Shown: in pieces, positions 36,287 to 48,004 of the stretch | How positions within the stretch are numbered: the stretch's first letter is position 1 | How the letters are laid out: every line of letters begins with the position of its first letter | Origin: Candidatus Poriferihabitaceae bacterium | GTDB lineage: Bacteria > Pseudomonadota > Gammaproteobacteria > Arenicellales > Poriferihabitantaceae | Reading direction: 5' to 3' | Assembly: GCA_965203265.1 (NCBI GenBank) | Contig: CBDBBV010000002.1 | Span: 49,299 to 113,298, forward strand | Length of the DNA: 64,000 nt | Program-made: the position numbers and the translations under genes | The notes under the pieces: generated by a model | Databases searched by the model: none | Seen by the model: the letters and a program-made list of their open reading frames with translations, nothing else | Told to the model about the DNA's origin: nothing

Positions 36287-36362
36287 CGACCATGCTCCGG
36301 CGAACCCCCCAATCTACCGACACCGCGCCCGCGCGGGATGGTTTCGGGACACGGCTGAAGCG

Positions 36363-37379
36363 GTGGTAACGCTGAGCCGGTTGGCGCGCGCGATCCATGG
36401 GCGGGTGGTCGGCGACGGCACGTTCGAAGCGAAAACGCTCAGCAGTTTGGAGAATGCCGCAAGCGACTCGCTGGCGTTCTACGCCGACTCGAAGCAGCAA
36501 GGGGCGCTGCAGACCACCGCCGCCGGCGCACTGTTGCTGCGCGCCGAGCACGCCGACTTGTTCGCCGGCCCCAAGGTTATCGTCGCCGATCCCTATCTCG
36601 CCTACGCCCGCGCCAGCGCCCTGTTCGCGTCGGCGGGGGACGCGCCCGGCGGCGTGCACGCGAGCGCGATTATCGCCGCCGGTGCCTCGCTGCACGCGGA
36701 TGTAACGGTCGGCCCGTACAGCGTCATCGGCGAGAATACTCGGGTGGAGCGAGGCGTGGTCATCGGCAGCCATGTATCCATCGGCGACGACTGCGTGATC
36801 GGTCGCCACAGCGTGGTCGATAGCGGCGTGCATATCTACGCGCGCACCACCATCGGCGCGCGTTGCCGTCTTGCCTGCGGGGTGGTGCTCGGCGCGAGCG
36901 GATTCGGTTATGCCGAAAATGACGGCGAGTGGGTGCGCATCGAGCAACTCGGCGGCGTGGTCATCGGCGATGATGTCGATATCGGCGCCAATACCACCAT
37001 CGATCGCGGCGCCCTCGACGACACCGTGATCGGCAACGGCGTCAAGCTGGACAACCACATCCAGATCGCCCATAACGTGCGGGTGGGCGACCACACCATC
37101 ATGGCCGGATGCGTCGCCGTCGCCGGCAGCGCGACCATCGGCAAACGTTGCCGGCTGGGGGGGCGCGCCGCGATTCTCGGCCACTTGGAGATCGCCGACG
37201 ATGTGCGCGTGAACGCCGACAGTTTCGTCGCCGGATCGATCACCGAGGCGGGCGCCTATTCCTCCATGCTGCCGGCGCAACCGGCCGCCCGCTGGCGCAA
37301 GATCGTCGCCCATGTTCACCGTCTTGAACACTTGGCAAAAAAACTGAAAACCTTCGCGGATACCAGCAAACATGAATGA
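36363..37379 (+). CDS. lpxD: UDP-3-O-acylglucosamine N-acyltransferase
   Basis: 338 aa with hexapeptide-repeat (left-handed beta-helix) sequence. The conserved order skp-lpxD-fabZ is kept. GTG start. Confidence 0.88.
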   Translation: MVTLSRLARAIHGRVVGDGTFEAKTLSSLENAASDSLAFYADSKQQGALQTTAAGALLLRAEHADLFAGPKVIVADPYLAYARASALFASAGDAPGGVHASAIIAAGASLHADVTVGPYSVIGENTRVERGVVIGSHVSIGDDCVIGRHSVVDSGVHIYARTTIGARCRLACGVVLGASGFGYAENDGEWVRIEQLGGVVIGDDVDIGANTTIDRGALDDTVIGNGVKLDNHIQIAHNVRVGDHTIMAGCVAVAGSATIGKRCRLGGRAAILGHLEIADDVRVNADSFVAGSITEAGAYSSMLPAQPAARWRKIVAHVHRLEHLAKKLKTFADTSKHE

Positions 37380-37824
37380 AGCAACCCACATCGATATTCA
37401 CCAGATACGCAAGATTCTGATTCACCGCTATCCGTTCCTGCTGATCGATCGGGTATTGGAATACGAACTCGGCAGCTATCTGAAGGCCATCAAGAATGTC
37501 TCGGTGAACGAGCCGTTCTTTCAGGGCCACTTCCCCGCCCGCCCGGTATTTCCCGGCGTGTTGATCATCGAGGCGATCGCTCAGGCGTCGGCCATTCTGG
37601 CCAGCCGGGGGTTGGACGAGACGCCCGATGAAAACACCGTCTTCCTGTTCGCCGGCATCGACAAGGCGCGCTTCAAGCATCAGGTGGAGCCCGGCGACCA
37701 GTTGGTGATCGAGGTTCGCCAGACCCACTGCAAGAGCCGCGTGTGGAAATACTCGGCCACGGCGTCGGTGGACGGCAAGTTGGCCGCCGCCGCGAATATC
37801 CTCTTCACCTACCGCAACTTCTAG
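37372..37824 (+). CDS. fabZ: 3-hydroxyacyl-ACP dehydratase FabZ
   Basis: ILIHRYPFLLIDRVLE..NEPFFQGHFP..PVFPGVLIIEAIAQ is the canonical FabZ hotdog motif. Confidence 0.92.
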   Translation: MNEATHIDIHQIRKILIHRYPFLLIDRVLEYELGSYLKAIKNVSVNEPFFQGHFPARPVFPGVLIIEAIAQASAILASRGLDETPDENTVFLFAGIDKARFKHQVEPGDQLVIEVRQTHCKSRVWKYSATASVDGKLAAAANILFTYRNF

Positions 37825-37829
37825 CCGCG

Positions 37830-38606
37830 ATGCCGCGAATTCACCCAAGCGCGGTGATCGACCCGAGGGCGGAACTCGGCGACGATGTGGAGGTCGGCGC
37901 GTTTTCCATCATCGAGAAGGACGTGGTGATCGGCGCGCGCACCCGCATCGGCCCCCACGTGGTCATCCGCAACCACACCACCATCGGCACGCACAGCCGG
38001 ATTTACCAATTCTGCTCCATCGGCGAGGAGCCCCAGCATCAGGACTATCGCGGCGAACCGACCCGGCTGCACATCGGCGCGCGCAACATCATCCGCGAAT
38101 ACTGCACCCTCAATCGCGGCACCGCCGGCGGCCTCGGCGTGACTCGTCTCGGCGACGACAATTTCATCATGGCCTACGCCCACATCGCCCACGACTGCAC
38201 CCTCGGCAACCACACCATCTTCGCCAACGGTGCCAGCCTCGCCGGCCACGTGGAAGTCGGCGACCACGCCATCCTCGGCGGGTTTTCGCTGGTGCACCAA
38301 TTCTGCAATGTCGGCGCCCACTGCATCACCGGCATCGGCGCGGTGTGCTTTCAGGATGTGCCGCCCTACATCATCGCCGCGGGCAATTCGGCCGCGCCGT
38401 TCGGCATAAATATCAAGGGCTTGCGGCGCAGAAATTACAGCGGAGCCACCATCGGCCTGCTGAAAAAAGCCTATCGGCTGCTGTACCGCAGCAACCTCGA
38501 CTTCAAAGCCGCCATCGCCGCCATCGAGCGCTTGGACGGCGGCAATCCGGAAATCGCCCTCTTCTGTGATTTTCTGCGCCGCTCCCAGCGCGGCGTCATT
38601 CGCTAG
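37830..38606 (+). CDS. lpxA: Acyl-ACP--UDP-GlcNAc O-acyltransferase
   Basis: The ATG at 37830 gives MPRIHPSAVIDPRAELGDDVEVGAFSIIEKDVVIG (hexapeptide repeats). ..MAYAHIAHDC..NIKGLRRR is typical LpxA. Confidence 0.9.
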   Translation: MPRIHPSAVIDPRAELGDDVEVGAFSIIEKDVVIGARTRIGPHVVIRNHTTIGTHSRIYQFCSIGEEPQHQDYRGEPTRLHIGARNIIREYCTLNRGTAGGLGVTRLGDDNFIMAYAHIAHDCTLGNHTIFANGASLAGHVEVGDHAILGGFSLVHQFCNVGAHCITGIGAVCFQDVPPYIIAAGNSAAPFGINIKGLRRRNYSGATIGLLKKAYRLLYRSNLDFKAAIAAIERLDGGNPEIALFCDFLRRSQRGVIR

Positions 38607-38612
38607 GCGTCG

Positions 38613-39767
38613 ATGGGCGGGCGCGCCATCCGGGTTGCCATCGTCGCCGGCGAACCCTCCGGAGATCGCCTCGGCGCGGGGCTCATTCAGGCCGTCTCGA
38701 CTCGCCTTCCCGGCAGCAGATTCGTCGGCGTCGGCGGGCCGAAAATGGCCGAGGCCGGATGCGAGCTGCTGTACGAAATGGAGCGAATCGGCGTCATCGG
38801 GCTGGACGGCCTGTGGGGCAAACTGCCGGGCATATTCCGAATTCGCCGAAACCTGCTGGCGCGCTTCGCCGCCGAACCCCCGGATGTGTTTGTCGGCGTG
38901 GACGCGCCGGACTTCAACCTGACTTTGGCGCGCAAACTCAAACTCAAGCGCCGCAACATAACCTGCATCCACTATGTCAGCCCCACCGTGTGGGCCTGGC
39001 GCGGCTATCGCATCCACAAGATTCGCCGCAGCGTCGATCACATGCTGACTTTGTTCCCATTCGAGGCCGACTATTACCGCCGGCGCGCGCTACCGGTAAC
39101 CTGTGTCGGCCATCCGCTGGCGGATGAAATTTCCGTGCCGGATCGCGCCGCCGCCCGCCGCCGGTTGCAGCTCGATCTCGATGAGGGGCTGCTTATCGCC
39201 CTGCTGCCCGGCAGTCGGCGCAGTGAAATCCGCAGATTGGGCGGCCTGTTCGTTCAAGCGGCGCGGCGCATTCTGGAGAATCTCCCCCACGCCAAGTTCG
39301 TCCTGCCGTTTGCCGGATCAGGCGTCGCGGACGAATTCCGCGCGGTGGCCGGCGACCTCGGCGATCTGCCCGTGCAGTTGCTGGACGGCCACGCTCGTAG
39401 CGCATTGGAGGCGTGCGATGTGGCCATTCTGGCGTCGGGAACCGCGGCGCTGGAGGCGGCGCTGCTGCGGCGGCCGCACATCGTGGTGTACAAGTTGGCC
39501 GCGTTGAGTTACTGGATCATGCGGCGGCTACGGCACATCGAGCACTACTCGATGCCGAACCAACTCCTCCCGGCGCCGATGATTCCCGAGCTCATCCAGC
39601 GCCGCGCCACCGCCGACAACATCGCGCGGGAGATCGAGACGCTGTTGCGGGATGAGCGCCGCGCAGCCGACCTCGAGCGGCACTTCGCCGACCTGCATCG
39701 GTCGCTCAAACTGGGTGCTGATGCCCGCGCCGCCGAGGCGGTAGTGCAGCTGGCGGGGGCGGCATGA
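38613..39767 (+). CDS. lpxB: Lipid-A-disaccharide synthase
   Basis: [19 protein letters not shown].., [27 protein letters not shown] are LpxB hallmarks. Confidence 0.9.
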   Translation: MGGRAIRVAIVAGEPSGDRLGAGLIQAVSTRLPGSRFVGVGGPKMAEAGCELLYEMERIGVIGLDGLWGKLPGIFRIRRNLLARFAAEPPDVFVGVDAPDFNLTLARKLKLKRRNITCIHYVSPTVWAWRGYRIHKIRRSVDHMLTLFPFEADYYRRRALPVTCVGHPLADEISVPDRAAARRRLQLDLDEGLLIALLPGSRRSEIRRLGGLFVQAARRILENLPHAKFVLPFAGSGVADEFRAVAGDLGDLPVQLLDGHARSALEACDVAILASGTAALEAALLRRPHIVVYKLAALSYWIMRRLRHIEHYSMPNQLLPAPMIPELIQRRATADNIAREIETLLRDERRAADLERHFADLHRSLKLGADARAAEAVVQLAGAA

Positions 39768-40327
39768 TCGCCGGTGTGGACGAGGCGGGTCGAGGGCCCC
39801 TCGCCGGCCCGGTGGTGGCGGCCGCGGCGGTGCTCGATCCGAACCGCCCCATCGACGGGCTGGACGACTCCAAGAAACTGTCTCCGGCACGCCGCCGCGC
39901 CCTCGAATTCGAGATAAAGGAAAAGGCGCTGCACTGGGCAGTGGCCGCCGCCAGCGTGGCGGAAATCGACCGGATGAACATACTGCGGGCAACCCTGCTC
40001 GCCATGGAGCGGGCGGTCGCCGGGCTTGCCGTCATCCCCTCGCTGGCGCGAGTCGACGGCAATCGCTTGCCGTCGTCGCTACCGTGTCCGGCGGAATCTG
40101 TGGTCGCGGGCGACGCCAAGCACGCCGAGATCGCCGCCGCCTCCATCCTCGCCAAGGAGGAACGCGACCGGCGAATGCTGGCGCTGGCCGACGCCTATCC
40201 GCAATACGGCTTCGAGCGGCACAAGGGGTATCCCACGCGCGCCCATCTCGAGGCGCTGGCGCGCTGCGGCGTCAGCATTCATCATCGGCGAAGTTACGCT
40301 CCGGTGCGGAAATTGATCGGGCGATGA
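39764..40327 (+). CDS. rnhB: Ribonuclease HII
   Basis: [36 protein letters not shown] overlaps on both sides. Confidence 0.9.
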   Translation: MIAGVDEAGRGPLAGPVVAAAAVLDPNRPIDGLDDSKKLSPARRRALEFEIKEKALHWAVAAASVAEIDRMNILRATLLAMERAVAGLAVIPSLARVDGNRLPSSLPCPAESVVAGDAKHAEIAAASILAKEERDRRMLALADAYPQYGFERHKGYPTRAHLEALARCGVSIHHRRSYAPVRKLIGR

Positions 40328-43300
40328 GCAGAACGTTCGTCCATCTGCATATCCACTCGGAGTATTCGCTGGCGGACGGCATGGTGCGCCTGAACGCGCT
40401 GGCGCAACGGGCGGCGCAATACGGACTGCCGGCGGTTGCCCTGACCGATCTGGCCAATGTGCACGGCGCCGTCAAATTCTACCGAGCCTGTCTCGCCCAC
40501 GGGGTGAAGCCGCTCATCGGCTGCGATGTCTGGGTGGAAAATCCGCTGGCGGCGGCGCAGTCCGATCGGATGATCGTGCTGTGCCGCAGCAGCCGAGGCT
40601 ATCGCAATCTGAGCGCCTTGCTGACCGATGCCCATCTACACAGGCAGCGCAAGGGCAAGATGGTGGTCCCCTGGCGGGAATTGGAACGGCGTTGCGACGG
40701 CCTGCTGGCGCTGTTCGACGATCGCGAGGGCCCGCTGGCCAACCTGTCGACGCGCGCGGGTGACCACCTCGAGGCGCCGTTGACGCAAGCCTATCAGCGG
40801 CTGTTTGGCGACGGGCTGTATTTCCAACTGAGCCGAGTCGGCTATCCCGGCGAGCAGGACTACATCCGCCGCGCCGCCCGGCTGGCCGCCGCCCACGGAG
40901 TCGGTTTGGTGGCGACCAATCGGGTGGAATTTCTCGCCGAGGAGGAATTCGACGCCCACGAAATTCGCGTCTGCATCAACGAGCGCCGCGAGTTGCAGGA
41001 CAACCGCCGCCCACGCCGATTCACGCCGCAGCAGTATCTCCGAAACGCCTCCGAGATGGCCGCGCTGTTCGCCGACTTGCCGGAAGCCATCGACAACACC
41101 GTGGAAATCGCCAAGAGATGCAACCTGCGGTTCGATTTCGACGAGAGATTCCTGCCGGCCTATACGGACGCGGATGCCGATGCGGAGGCCGCGGGCGAGA
41201 GCATGGACGAGACCCTGCGCCGTCAGGCGGAGAGTGGTTTGTGCGCACGCTTGGGGGTGTCGCGTCTGCGCGGGGATGACGGCGGCGAGTTGATCGACCG
41301 CGACTATATCGCCCGCTTGGAGATGGAGCTGGGGGTCATCGCGGAAATGCGCTATTCGGGGTATTTCCTCATCGTCGCCGACTTCATTCGCTGGGCCAAG
41401 GAAAACGGCATTCCGGTCGGGCCGGGGCGGGGTTCCGGCGCCGGTTCGCTGGTGGCCTGGGCCACCGGCATCACCGAACTCGATCCGCTGCAGTACGGTC
41501 TATTGTTCGAGAGATTCCTCAATCCGGAACGAATTTCCCTGCCGGATTTCGACATCGATTTCTGCGTCGACGGGCGCGATCGGGTCATCGAGTATGTAGC
41601 CGAGCGCTATGGCCGCGATCAGGTCGCGCAGATCATCACTTTCGGCACCATGGCGGCCAAGGCCGTGGTGCGGCATGTGGGGCGGGCGATGGGGCTGGCC
41701 TACGGCTTTGTGGACGCCATCGCCAAGCTGATTCCGTTCGAGGTCGGCATGACCTTGCGCAAGGCGCTGGATGAGGAGGAGCTGCTGCGCCAGCGCTATC
41801 GCAAGGAGGACGAAGTGCGTCAGCTGATCGACAACGCCATGCAGCTGGAAGGCATAGCCAAGGATGCCGGCAAACATGCCGGCGGGGTGGTCATCGCCCC
41901 GCGCCCGTTGACCGAATACACGCCCCTGTATGCGGATGCCCAATCGAATCGGGCGCTCACCCAACTGGACAAGGACGACCTCGAGGCCATCGGCTTGGTG
42001 AAGTTCGACTTTCTCGGCCTGCGCACCCTGACCATCATCGATTGGGCGGTCGCCATGATCAACCGGCAAAAGCGCCGCGACCACGAGCCGCCGCTGGAGA
42101 TGGCCGCCGTGCCGCTGGACGATCGGGACACCTTCGAATTGATCCGGAGCGGACGCACCATCGCCATCTTCCAACTGGAATCGGCCGGCATCCGCGAGCT
42201 GATCGTGCGCCTGCTGCCGGACAAATTCGACGATCTGGTGGCGCTGGTGGCGCTGTATCGACCCGGCCCGCTGCAGTCAGGCATGGTGGACGATTTCATC
42301 AACCGCAAGCATGGCCGCGAAAGCATCGCCTATCCCCACGCCGACATCGCCCCCATTTTGGAGCCCACCTACGGCGTCATTCTCTATCAGGAGCAGGTGA
42401 TGCAGATCGCCCAGATTCTGGCCGGTTACACGCTGGGCGGCTCCGACCTGCTGCGCGAGGCCATGGGCAAGAAGAAGGTGGAGGAGATGAACGCCCAGCG
42501 CGCCGTTTTCCGCGACGGCGCGGTGGAGCGCGGGGTGAAGCCCGAATTGGCCGAGAATATCTTCGATCTCATGGAGAAATTCGCCGGATACGGCTTCAAT
42601 AAATCCCACTCGGTCGCCTACGCGCTGGTGGCCTATCACACCGCTTGGCTGAAAGCCCACCACCCGGCGGCGTTCATGGCGGCGACGCTGTCGGCGGAAT
42701 TGCAAAACACCGACAAGGTGGTGTCGCTGCTGGCCGAATGCGCCGCGCTCGGGCTGACGGTGCTGCCGCCCGATGTCAATGCCTGTTGCCACGGGTTCCG
42801 CTCGACCGACCAACGCACCATCCTGTACGGCATGGGCGCGCTCAAGGGAGTGGGCAAGAATGTGTGCGAGTGCATCGAAGGGGAACGCGCGCGCAACGGC
42901 GAATTCCGCGACCTGTTCGATCTGTGCCGCCGGTTGGATCCGCGCACGGTGACCAAGCGGGTGTTGGAGGCGCTGGTCAAGGGCGGCGCGCTGGATTCCC
43001 TCGGCGACCACCGCGCCGCCCTGCTGGAAAATCTCGGCAACGCCATGCAGGCGGCGGAACAACAACTGGCGAGTCGAGACTGCGGGCAGGCGGACATGTT
43101 CGGCGTCACGCAATCTCCGCCGGCCATTTGCGCCCGCCCGACGGAGCCGTGGAGCGAATCCCAGCGGCTGACCGCGGAGAAGGAAGTGCTCGGCCTCTAT
43201 CTGAGCGGCCACCCGTACAGCCGTCATCGCGCCGAGCTGGCCGAGGTGGTGCAGCGGGATGTGAGATCGATGAATCTGGACGCGCCGAAGATGGGATTGT

Positions 43301-43884
43301 TCGCCGGTTTGGTGGTGACCATGCGGGTGATCAACACCAAACGGGGCAAAATGGCGTTCGTCATGCTCGACAACGGCAGCGACCGAGTCGAGGCCAGTTT
43401 GTATTCGGAAAAATATCGGCACTGCCGGGAGGTGCTGAAAAAGGACGAGGTGCTGGTGGTGTGCGGCGAATTCGGCATCGACGAACGCAACGGCGGGGTA
43501 CAGTTGCGCGCGCAAACCGTCTTCGCCCTCGATGGCTTCCGCAAGGAATGCCTACGGCGCATCCGCCTCGACCTGCGGGAAGAGCGGCTGGACGGCGACG
43601 CCATGAAAGCCATCCAGCGGTTATTGCAGGCGCATCGCGGCGGCGGAGTCGAAATCACCTTGAGTTACCGCCGCAGCCGGGGCGAGCACGGCGTGCTGAA
43701 ACTCGGTGCCGACTGGAATGTACATCCGCAGCGGCCATTGATAGACGGATTGACCGAGCTGCTCGGCGCCGATGCCCTGAAATTTCACTACGAAATCGCG
43801 TCGCTCAATATGTGGCAGACGAACGCGCCCGGCAATGGCCGCACTGGCCGCACTGGCAGTAATGGCCGCAACGGGCGGCGGTGA
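40324..43884 (+). CDS. dnaE: DNA polymerase III alpha subunit
   Basis: The ATG at 40324 gives [22 protein letters not shown] (PHP domain start). [30 protein letters not shown] are present. The C-terminal Gly/Arg/Asn tail ([17 protein letters not shown]) is built from 9-nt repeats. Confidence 0.92.
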   Translation: MSRTFVHLHIHSEYSLADGMVRLNALAQRAAQYGLPAVALTDLANVHGAVKFYRACLAHGVKPLIGCDVWVENPLAAAQSDRMIVLCRSSRGYRNLSALLTDAHLHRQRKGKMVVPWRELERRCDGLLALFDDREGPLANLSTRAGDHLEAPLTQAYQRLFGDGLYFQLSRVGYPGEQDYIRRAARLAAAHGVGLVATNRVEFLAEEEFDAHEIRVCINERRELQDNRRPRRFTPQQYLRNASEMAALFADLPEAIDNTVEIAKRCNLRFDFDERFLPAYTDADADAEAAGESMDETLRRQAESGLCARLGVSRLRGDDGGELIDRDYIARLEMELGVIAEMRYSGYFLIVADFIRWAKENGIPVGPGRGSGAGSLVAWATGITELDPLQYGLLFERFLNPERISLPDFDIDFCVDGRDRVIEYVAERYGRDQVAQIITFGTMAAKAVVRHVGRAMGLAYGFVDAIAKLIPFEVGMTLRKALDEEELLRQRYRKEDEVRQLIDNAMQLEGIAKDAGKHAGGVVIAPRPLTEYTPLYADAQSNRALTQLDKDDLEAIGLVKFDFLGLRTLTIIDWAVAMINRQKRRDHEPPLEMAAVPLDDRDTFELIRSGRTIAIFQLESAGIRELIVRLLPDKFDDLVALVALYRPGPLQSGMVDDFINRKHGRESIAYPHADIAPILEPTYGVILYQEQVMQIAQILAGYTLGGSDLLREAMGKKKVEEMNAQRAVFRDGAVERGVKPELAENIFDLMEKFAGYGFNKSHSVAYALVAYHTAWLKAHHPAAFMAATLSAELQNTDKVVSLLAECAALGLTVLPPDVNACCHGFRSTDQRTILYGMGALKGVGKNVCECIEGERARNGEFRDLFDLCRRLDPRTVTKRVLEALVKGGALDSLGDHRAALLENLGNAMQAAEQQLASRDCGQADMFGVTQSPPAICARPTEPWSESQRLTAEKEVLGLYLSGHPYSRHRAELAEVVQRDVRSMNLDAPKMGLFAGLVVTMRVINTKRGKMAFVMLDNGSDRVEASLYSEKYRHCREVLKKDEVLVVCGEFGIDERNGGVQLRAQTVFALDGFRKECLRRIRLDLREERLDGDAMKAIQRLLQAHRGGGVEITLSYRRSRGEHGVLKLGADWNVHPQRPLIDGLTELLGADALKFHYEIASLNMWQTNAPGNGRTGRTGSNGRNGRR

Positions 43885-43887
43885 ATA

Positions 43888-45948
43888 TCACGCCGCCCGC
43901 ACCCACACCGCGGTATCGTGAAACGCCGCGCCGCCGTTCGGCGCGACCGGGTCGGCGCTGATCAGCAGATTGATGCCGATCCCCTCGGGAAAGGCGCTGG
44001 CGGGCCAGATGCCCTCGGCCACCACGGTATCCATCTGGATGTTTTCCGCATATCTGGCGGTGAGCGTAATGCTGCCGCGGCGGTTGCCGACCACCACCCG
44101 CCGGCCTTCGCCGATGCCGAATTGGCGCGCGGTGGCGGGGTTGATCTGTAGTTGCGGGCGGCGCTGGTATTTGATCGAGGACGGCGACTGGTTGAAGGTG
44201 CTGTTGAGATAACCGCGCGCCGGCGCCGCTACCAGCCGCAACGGATGTTCGCTCGAAGTGTTGTCGATGACATCCCAGTGATCGGGCAGTTCGGGCATAC
44301 CCTCGCTATAGGGACCGATGGCGCGCCAGTTCGGGGCAAAGCGGAATTTCTTGTCGGGCCAGTGAAAGCCGTCGAGAAAGTGAGCCGACTCGAACGGCGG
44401 CGCACAGTCGAGGAAATGCCCGTTGGTGAACGACTCTCTCGGTGGATAGCCGGAGCGCTGCAGGGTTCGATCCACCAACTCCAGTTCGTCCAACGCGAAG
44501 CCGGCGTGTGCACCGCCCACGCCCAAGCGCTGCGCCAGCCCGGCGATCACCTCGTGGTTGGAGCGGCATTCCCCCGGCGGCTCGATGATCCGTTCGCCGA
44601 CCTGCAAAAAAGCGTGGCCGTAGCTGCGATACAGATCGTCGTGCTCGACGAACATGGTGGCCGGCAGGATCACATCCGCCATCATCGCGGTTTCCGTCAT
44701 GAACTGCTCATGCACGCACACGAACAAATCCTCGCGCAAAAACCCCCGCCGCACTTGGGCGAGATCCGGCGCCACCAGCATCGGGTTGGTGTTCTGAATC
44801 AGCATGGCCTTGACCGGCGAGCCGCCGCGCAGGGCGCGTTGGTCGCCGCAGAGAATCGAGCCGATCAGCGACATATCGAGGGCGCGCGCGTTGGTGGCAA
44901 TATCCAGCCCCTGAATCAGCCCATCATCCAGCCGAAACGAGTCGGAAGTGGCCAGCAGCGCCCCGCCGCCACGGTATTGCCACGCGCCGGTTACCACCGG
45001 CAGGCAGGAAACCGCGTGGATGTTGACCGCGCCGTTGCGACTGCGGGAGAAGCCGATCCCCAGACGGATGTAGCTTTTTCGGGTGGCGCCGTACATCTCG
45101 GCGAATTCGGTGATTTGCGTGACGGAGAGGCCGGTGATGGCGGCTGCCCATTCGGGCCCGCGAGACTGCAGGTGGCGCTCCAGCCGTTCGGGATCGTCGC
45201 TGTAGCGCGCCAGATAATCGCGGTCGGCGTAGCCGTTGGCGAACAGCCGATGCATGACCGCGCAGGCCAGCGCGCCGTCGGTTCCCGGACGCGGTGCCAG
45301 ATGGACATCGGCGATTTTGGCGGTGGCGTTGCGGTAGGGATCGATCACCACCAGTTTCGCGCCGCGCTTGCGCGCCTTGCCGACATGGTGCATCACGTTG
45401 ATCTGCGTGGCCGCCGCGTTGCAGCCCCAGATCACGATGAGATCGCTTTCGGCCATTTCCCGGCCGTCGGCGCCGATGACCGCGCCGCTGCCGGCGGCCC
45501 AGCCGTCATATGCGATTTGCACGCAGATGGTCTTGCGCATACCGGAGTAGCCGAGAACGTTGCGCAGGCGAATGATGCCGTCTCGCTGCACCATCCCCAT
45601 GGTGCCGCCGTAGTAGTAGGGCCACACCGATTCGGCGCCGAATTCGCGGGTGGCGGCGTGGAATTTTTCGCCGACCAGATCGAGGGCATCGTCCCACTCG
45701 ATGGGGGCGAATGCCGCCGCCTCGGACTTGCGCGAAGTGCGCCGCAGGGGGCGCGTCAATCGTTCGGGATGGTGCACCCGCTCGGCGTATCTCGACACCT
45801 TGGCGCAGATGACGCCGTCGGTGTAGGGATTGTGCTTCGACCCGCGCACCCGCCCGATGCGTCCGGCGCGCCCGCCGATCCGCTCCACCTCCAGCGCGCA
45901 GGCGGATGGGCAGTCGTGCGGGCAGACGCTGTTGTGCCAAGTGCTCAC
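43888..45948 (-). CDS. Molybdopterin (MopB-superfamily) oxidoreductase, catalytic subunit
   Basis: The N-terminal CPHDCPSAC is a Fe-S cluster motif. The 686-aa architecture has molybdopterin-binding segments (..VIWGCNAAATQINVMHH.., ..LIQNTNPMLVAPD..). Substrate is unknown. Confidence 0.75.
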   Translation of the reverse strand: MSTWHNSVCPHDCPSACALEVERIGGRAGRIGRVRGSKHNPYTDGVICAKVSRYAERVHHPERLTRPLRRTSRKSEAAAFAPIEWDDALDLVGEKFHAATREFGAESVWPYYYGGTMGMVQRDGIIRLRNVLGYSGMRKTICVQIAYDGWAAGSGAVIGADGREMAESDLIVIWGCNAAATQINVMHHVGKARKRGAKLVVIDPYRNATAKIADVHLAPRPGTDGALACAVMHRLFANGYADRDYLARYSDDPERLERHLQSRGPEWAAAITGLSVTQITEFAEMYGATRKSYIRLGIGFSRSRNGAVNIHAVSCLPVVTGAWQYRGGGALLATSDSFRLDDGLIQGLDIATNARALDMSLIGSILCGDQRALRGGSPVKAMLIQNTNPMLVAPDLAQVRRGFLREDLFVCVHEQFMTETAMMADVILPATMFVEHDDLYRSYGHAFLQVGERIIEPPGECRSNHEVIAGLAQRLGVGGAHAGFALDELELVDRTLQRSGYPPRESFTNGHFLDCAPPFESAHFLDGFHWPDKKFRFAPNWRAIGPYSEGMPELPDHWDVIDNTSSEHPLRLVAAPARGYLNSTFNQSPSSIKYQRRPQLQINPATARQFGIGEGRRVVVGNRRGSITLTARYAENIQMDTVVAEGIWPASAFPEGIGINLLISADPVAPNGGAAFHDTAVWVRAA

Positions 45949-45970
45949 GGCTGGGGCTGGCTTCCCGCCG

Positions 45971-47104
45971 TCAGGCGATGATCTCGCGCAATTCCCGATC
46001 GAGTCGATCGAGAATCTGGTCGTAGGGGAAAGCGCCCACTTTCTCGCCGCGCCGCTTCAGGTTGACATAGTTGGGCCCGCACCACAGCCCCAGATCCGCG
46101 TCGTCGGTTTCCCCCGGCCCGTTCACCCGGCAGCCCATGACCGCGATGGTGATGGCGTGATCCCGGGCGTAGCGGGTGCGTTCCTTGACCTGCTGCGCCA
46201 GTTGCACGAATGCCTCGTTCTCCACCCGCGAGCAGCTCGGGCAGCTGATCAGATTCAACCCGTCCTCATTGAAGTGCACCACCGTGCGCACCCGCCCGGC
46301 GGCGATGTCCGCGAGAATGCGTCGAGCGGCGCTGATCTCCCGATGTTTCTCCTCGTTGGGCAAGGTCAGCGAGACGCGGATGGTGTCGCCGATGCCCTGA
46401 CCGATCAATTGCTCGAAGGCGATGCGAGTTTTTTCGATCCCCTCCGGCGGCATACCGGCCTCGGTAACCCCCAGATGCAGGGGAATTTCCGGGCGCACTT
46501 GGGCGAACCGGCGGCAGGCGTCGACGACCTTGCGCGGATCGGAATCCTTGAGGGACACGCAATAGCGGGTGAATCCCAGTCGATCGAGCCATTCGCTGTG
46601 TTCCAGCGCGCTCTCCACCATCGGAGTTACCGAATCACCGCCGGGACCGGCGGCGAGCTTGTCCGGATCCACCGAACCCGCATTGACGCCGACTCGCAAC
46701 GCGCAATCGTGCCGCGCCGCGATATCCGCCAGCCAATCGACCTTGGCGCGCCAGGATTTCGCCCGTTCGTGGTGGTACAAATGCCCCGGGTTATAGCGAA
46801 TTTTGTCCACGTGAGGCGCGAGCACCTCCGCCAGCCGGTAATTCTCCTGCAAATCCACGCTCAGTACGGCGTCGGCCGCGTCGGTTTGCCCGCGCAACTC
46901 GATCAGGGCGTCGGCGTCCTTGCGGTTGTCCGCGGCGATGCGGATGATGTCGGCGCCCGCTCGCTGCAACGAACGCACCTGCTCGAAAGTGGCCGCCACA
47001 TCGGTGGTCGGGGTGGCGCACATGCTCTGCACGGCGATCGGGTGGCCGTTGCCGATGGTGACGTTGCCGATTCGAACCTCGCGGGTTGGATTGCGCTGAA
47101 TCAT
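45971..47104 (-). CDS. ispG: 4-hydroxy-3-methylbut-2-enyl diphosphate synthase
   Basis: The ATG at 47104 gives [28 protein letters not shown].., ..RVGVNAGS.., ..LISCPSCSR.., ..[10 protein letters not shown] (Fe-S cysteines). Confidence 0.9.
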   Translation of the reverse strand: MIQRNPTREVRIGNVTIGNGHPIAVQSMCATPTTDVAATFEQVRSLQRAGADIIRIAADNRKDADALIELRGQTDAADAVLSVDLQENYRLAEVLAPHVDKIRYNPGHLYHHERAKSWRAKVDWLADIAARHDCALRVGVNAGSVDPDKLAAGPGGDSVTPMVESALEHSEWLDRLGFTRYCVSLKDSDPRKVVDACRRFAQVRPEIPLHLGVTEAGMPPEGIEKTRIAFEQLIGQGIGDTIRVSLTLPNEEKHREISAARRILADIAAGRVRTVVHFNEDGLNLISCPSCSRVENEAFVQLAQQVKERTRYARDHAITIAVMGCRVNGPGETDDADLGLWCGPNYVNLKRRGEKVGAFPYDQILDRLDRELREIIA

Positions 47105-47206
47105 CGTGTCGGGGGACGGGTGTTTGCCCAAGCCGTCTACCCTATCGCTTCTTGCCGCGCCACGCAATACAATCCGCCTTTCGACCCGCGCAATATCCGC
47201 CTACCC

Positions 47207-48004
47207 GTGAGCACTCATAGTCCGGAACGAATCGACGTTCTGCTACAGCGGGCGGGAGCCGAGTCCGCCGGCAGAGTAACTTGGTTCGAGCAGATCGATT
47301 CGACCAACAGTTGGTTGATGGCGCAGCGGGACATTCACGCCAGAGTATGCTTGACCGAGTGGCAAACCGCCGGGCGCGGGCGCCGCGGACGAGTTTGGCA
47401 GGTGCCGCCGGCGAGCGCCGTGTTGTTGTCCATCGGCTGGGAACTCGGTAGCGCCGCCGGTGCCGCCGCTAGCGGATTGTCGCTGGTTTCCGGCTTGGCA
47501 ACGATTGACGGCTTGCGCCGCACGGGGGTGTGTTCGATCAGGTTGAAATGGCCCAACGACCTGATCGCTCGGCACGGCAAACTCGGCGGCGTGCTGACCG
47601 AATTGCGCGGCGCCCAGTGTGTGATCGGCGTGGGCATCAATGTTGCCGCACCGTCGGCAGCGCCGCCCACGGGCGCAGCAACCGCCTACCCCCGAACCGA
47701 CCTGCAATCCCTCGGCCACGACATCGACCGCGATGTGCTCGCAGCGCAACTGATCGCCGCCCACTGCCGCTATCTGCGGCGATTCTGCCGCCACGGGTTT
47801 GCCGGATTCGCCGGAGAATGGAATCGATTGAATGTGCATCGCGGGCAGCAGGTGCGAATCGAATTGCCGACGGAGTCGTTCAGCGGAATCGTGCGGGGGG
47901 TCGATGAGGACGGCGCCCTGATCGTCGAACGGGACGGCGTTCGGCGGCGGGTGATCTCGAGCGAGGCGAGCGTGCGCGCCGTCCGGGCTGGGGAAGAGCG
48001 ATGA
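47207..48004 (+). CDS. birA: Biotin--[acetyl-CoA-carboxylase] ligase, short form without N-terminal HTH
   Basis: Only the last 265 codons of track ORF 45830..48004 are BirA-like: ..QTAGRGRRGRVW.. (GRGRRGR biotin-binding loop), ..KWPNDL... The GTG at 47207 is the first start after the ispG divergent region, so the start is uncertain. Confidence 0.8.
   Translation: MSTHSPERIDVLLQRAGAESAGRVTWFEQIDSTNSWLMAQRDIHARVCLTEWQTAGRGRRGRVWQVPPASAVLLSIGWELGSAAGAAASGLSLVSGLATIDGLRRTGVCSIRLKWPNDLIARHGKLGGVLTELRGAQCVIGVGINVAAPSAAPPTGAATAYPRTDLQSLGHDIDRDVLAAQLIAAHCRYLRRFCRHGFAGFAGEWNRLNVHRGQQVRIELPTESFSGIVRGVDEDGALIVERDGVRRRVISSEASVRAVRAGEER

Noticed and set aside
23612-36290. Short tandem repeats considered as a CRISPR array or as REP/terminator hairpins
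   Set aside because: The units are 7-9 nt, directly abutting with no spacers, and they are not palindromic. They do not fit CRISPR (no ~30-nt repeats and spacers) or REP hairpins. They are reported instead as STRR-like repeats.
45830-48004. 724-aa plus-strand ORF spanning the oxidoreductase start, all of ispG and birA
   Set aside because: Only the last 265 codons (from GTG 47207) look like BirA. The upstream two thirds are antisense read-through of ispG with low-complexity composition.
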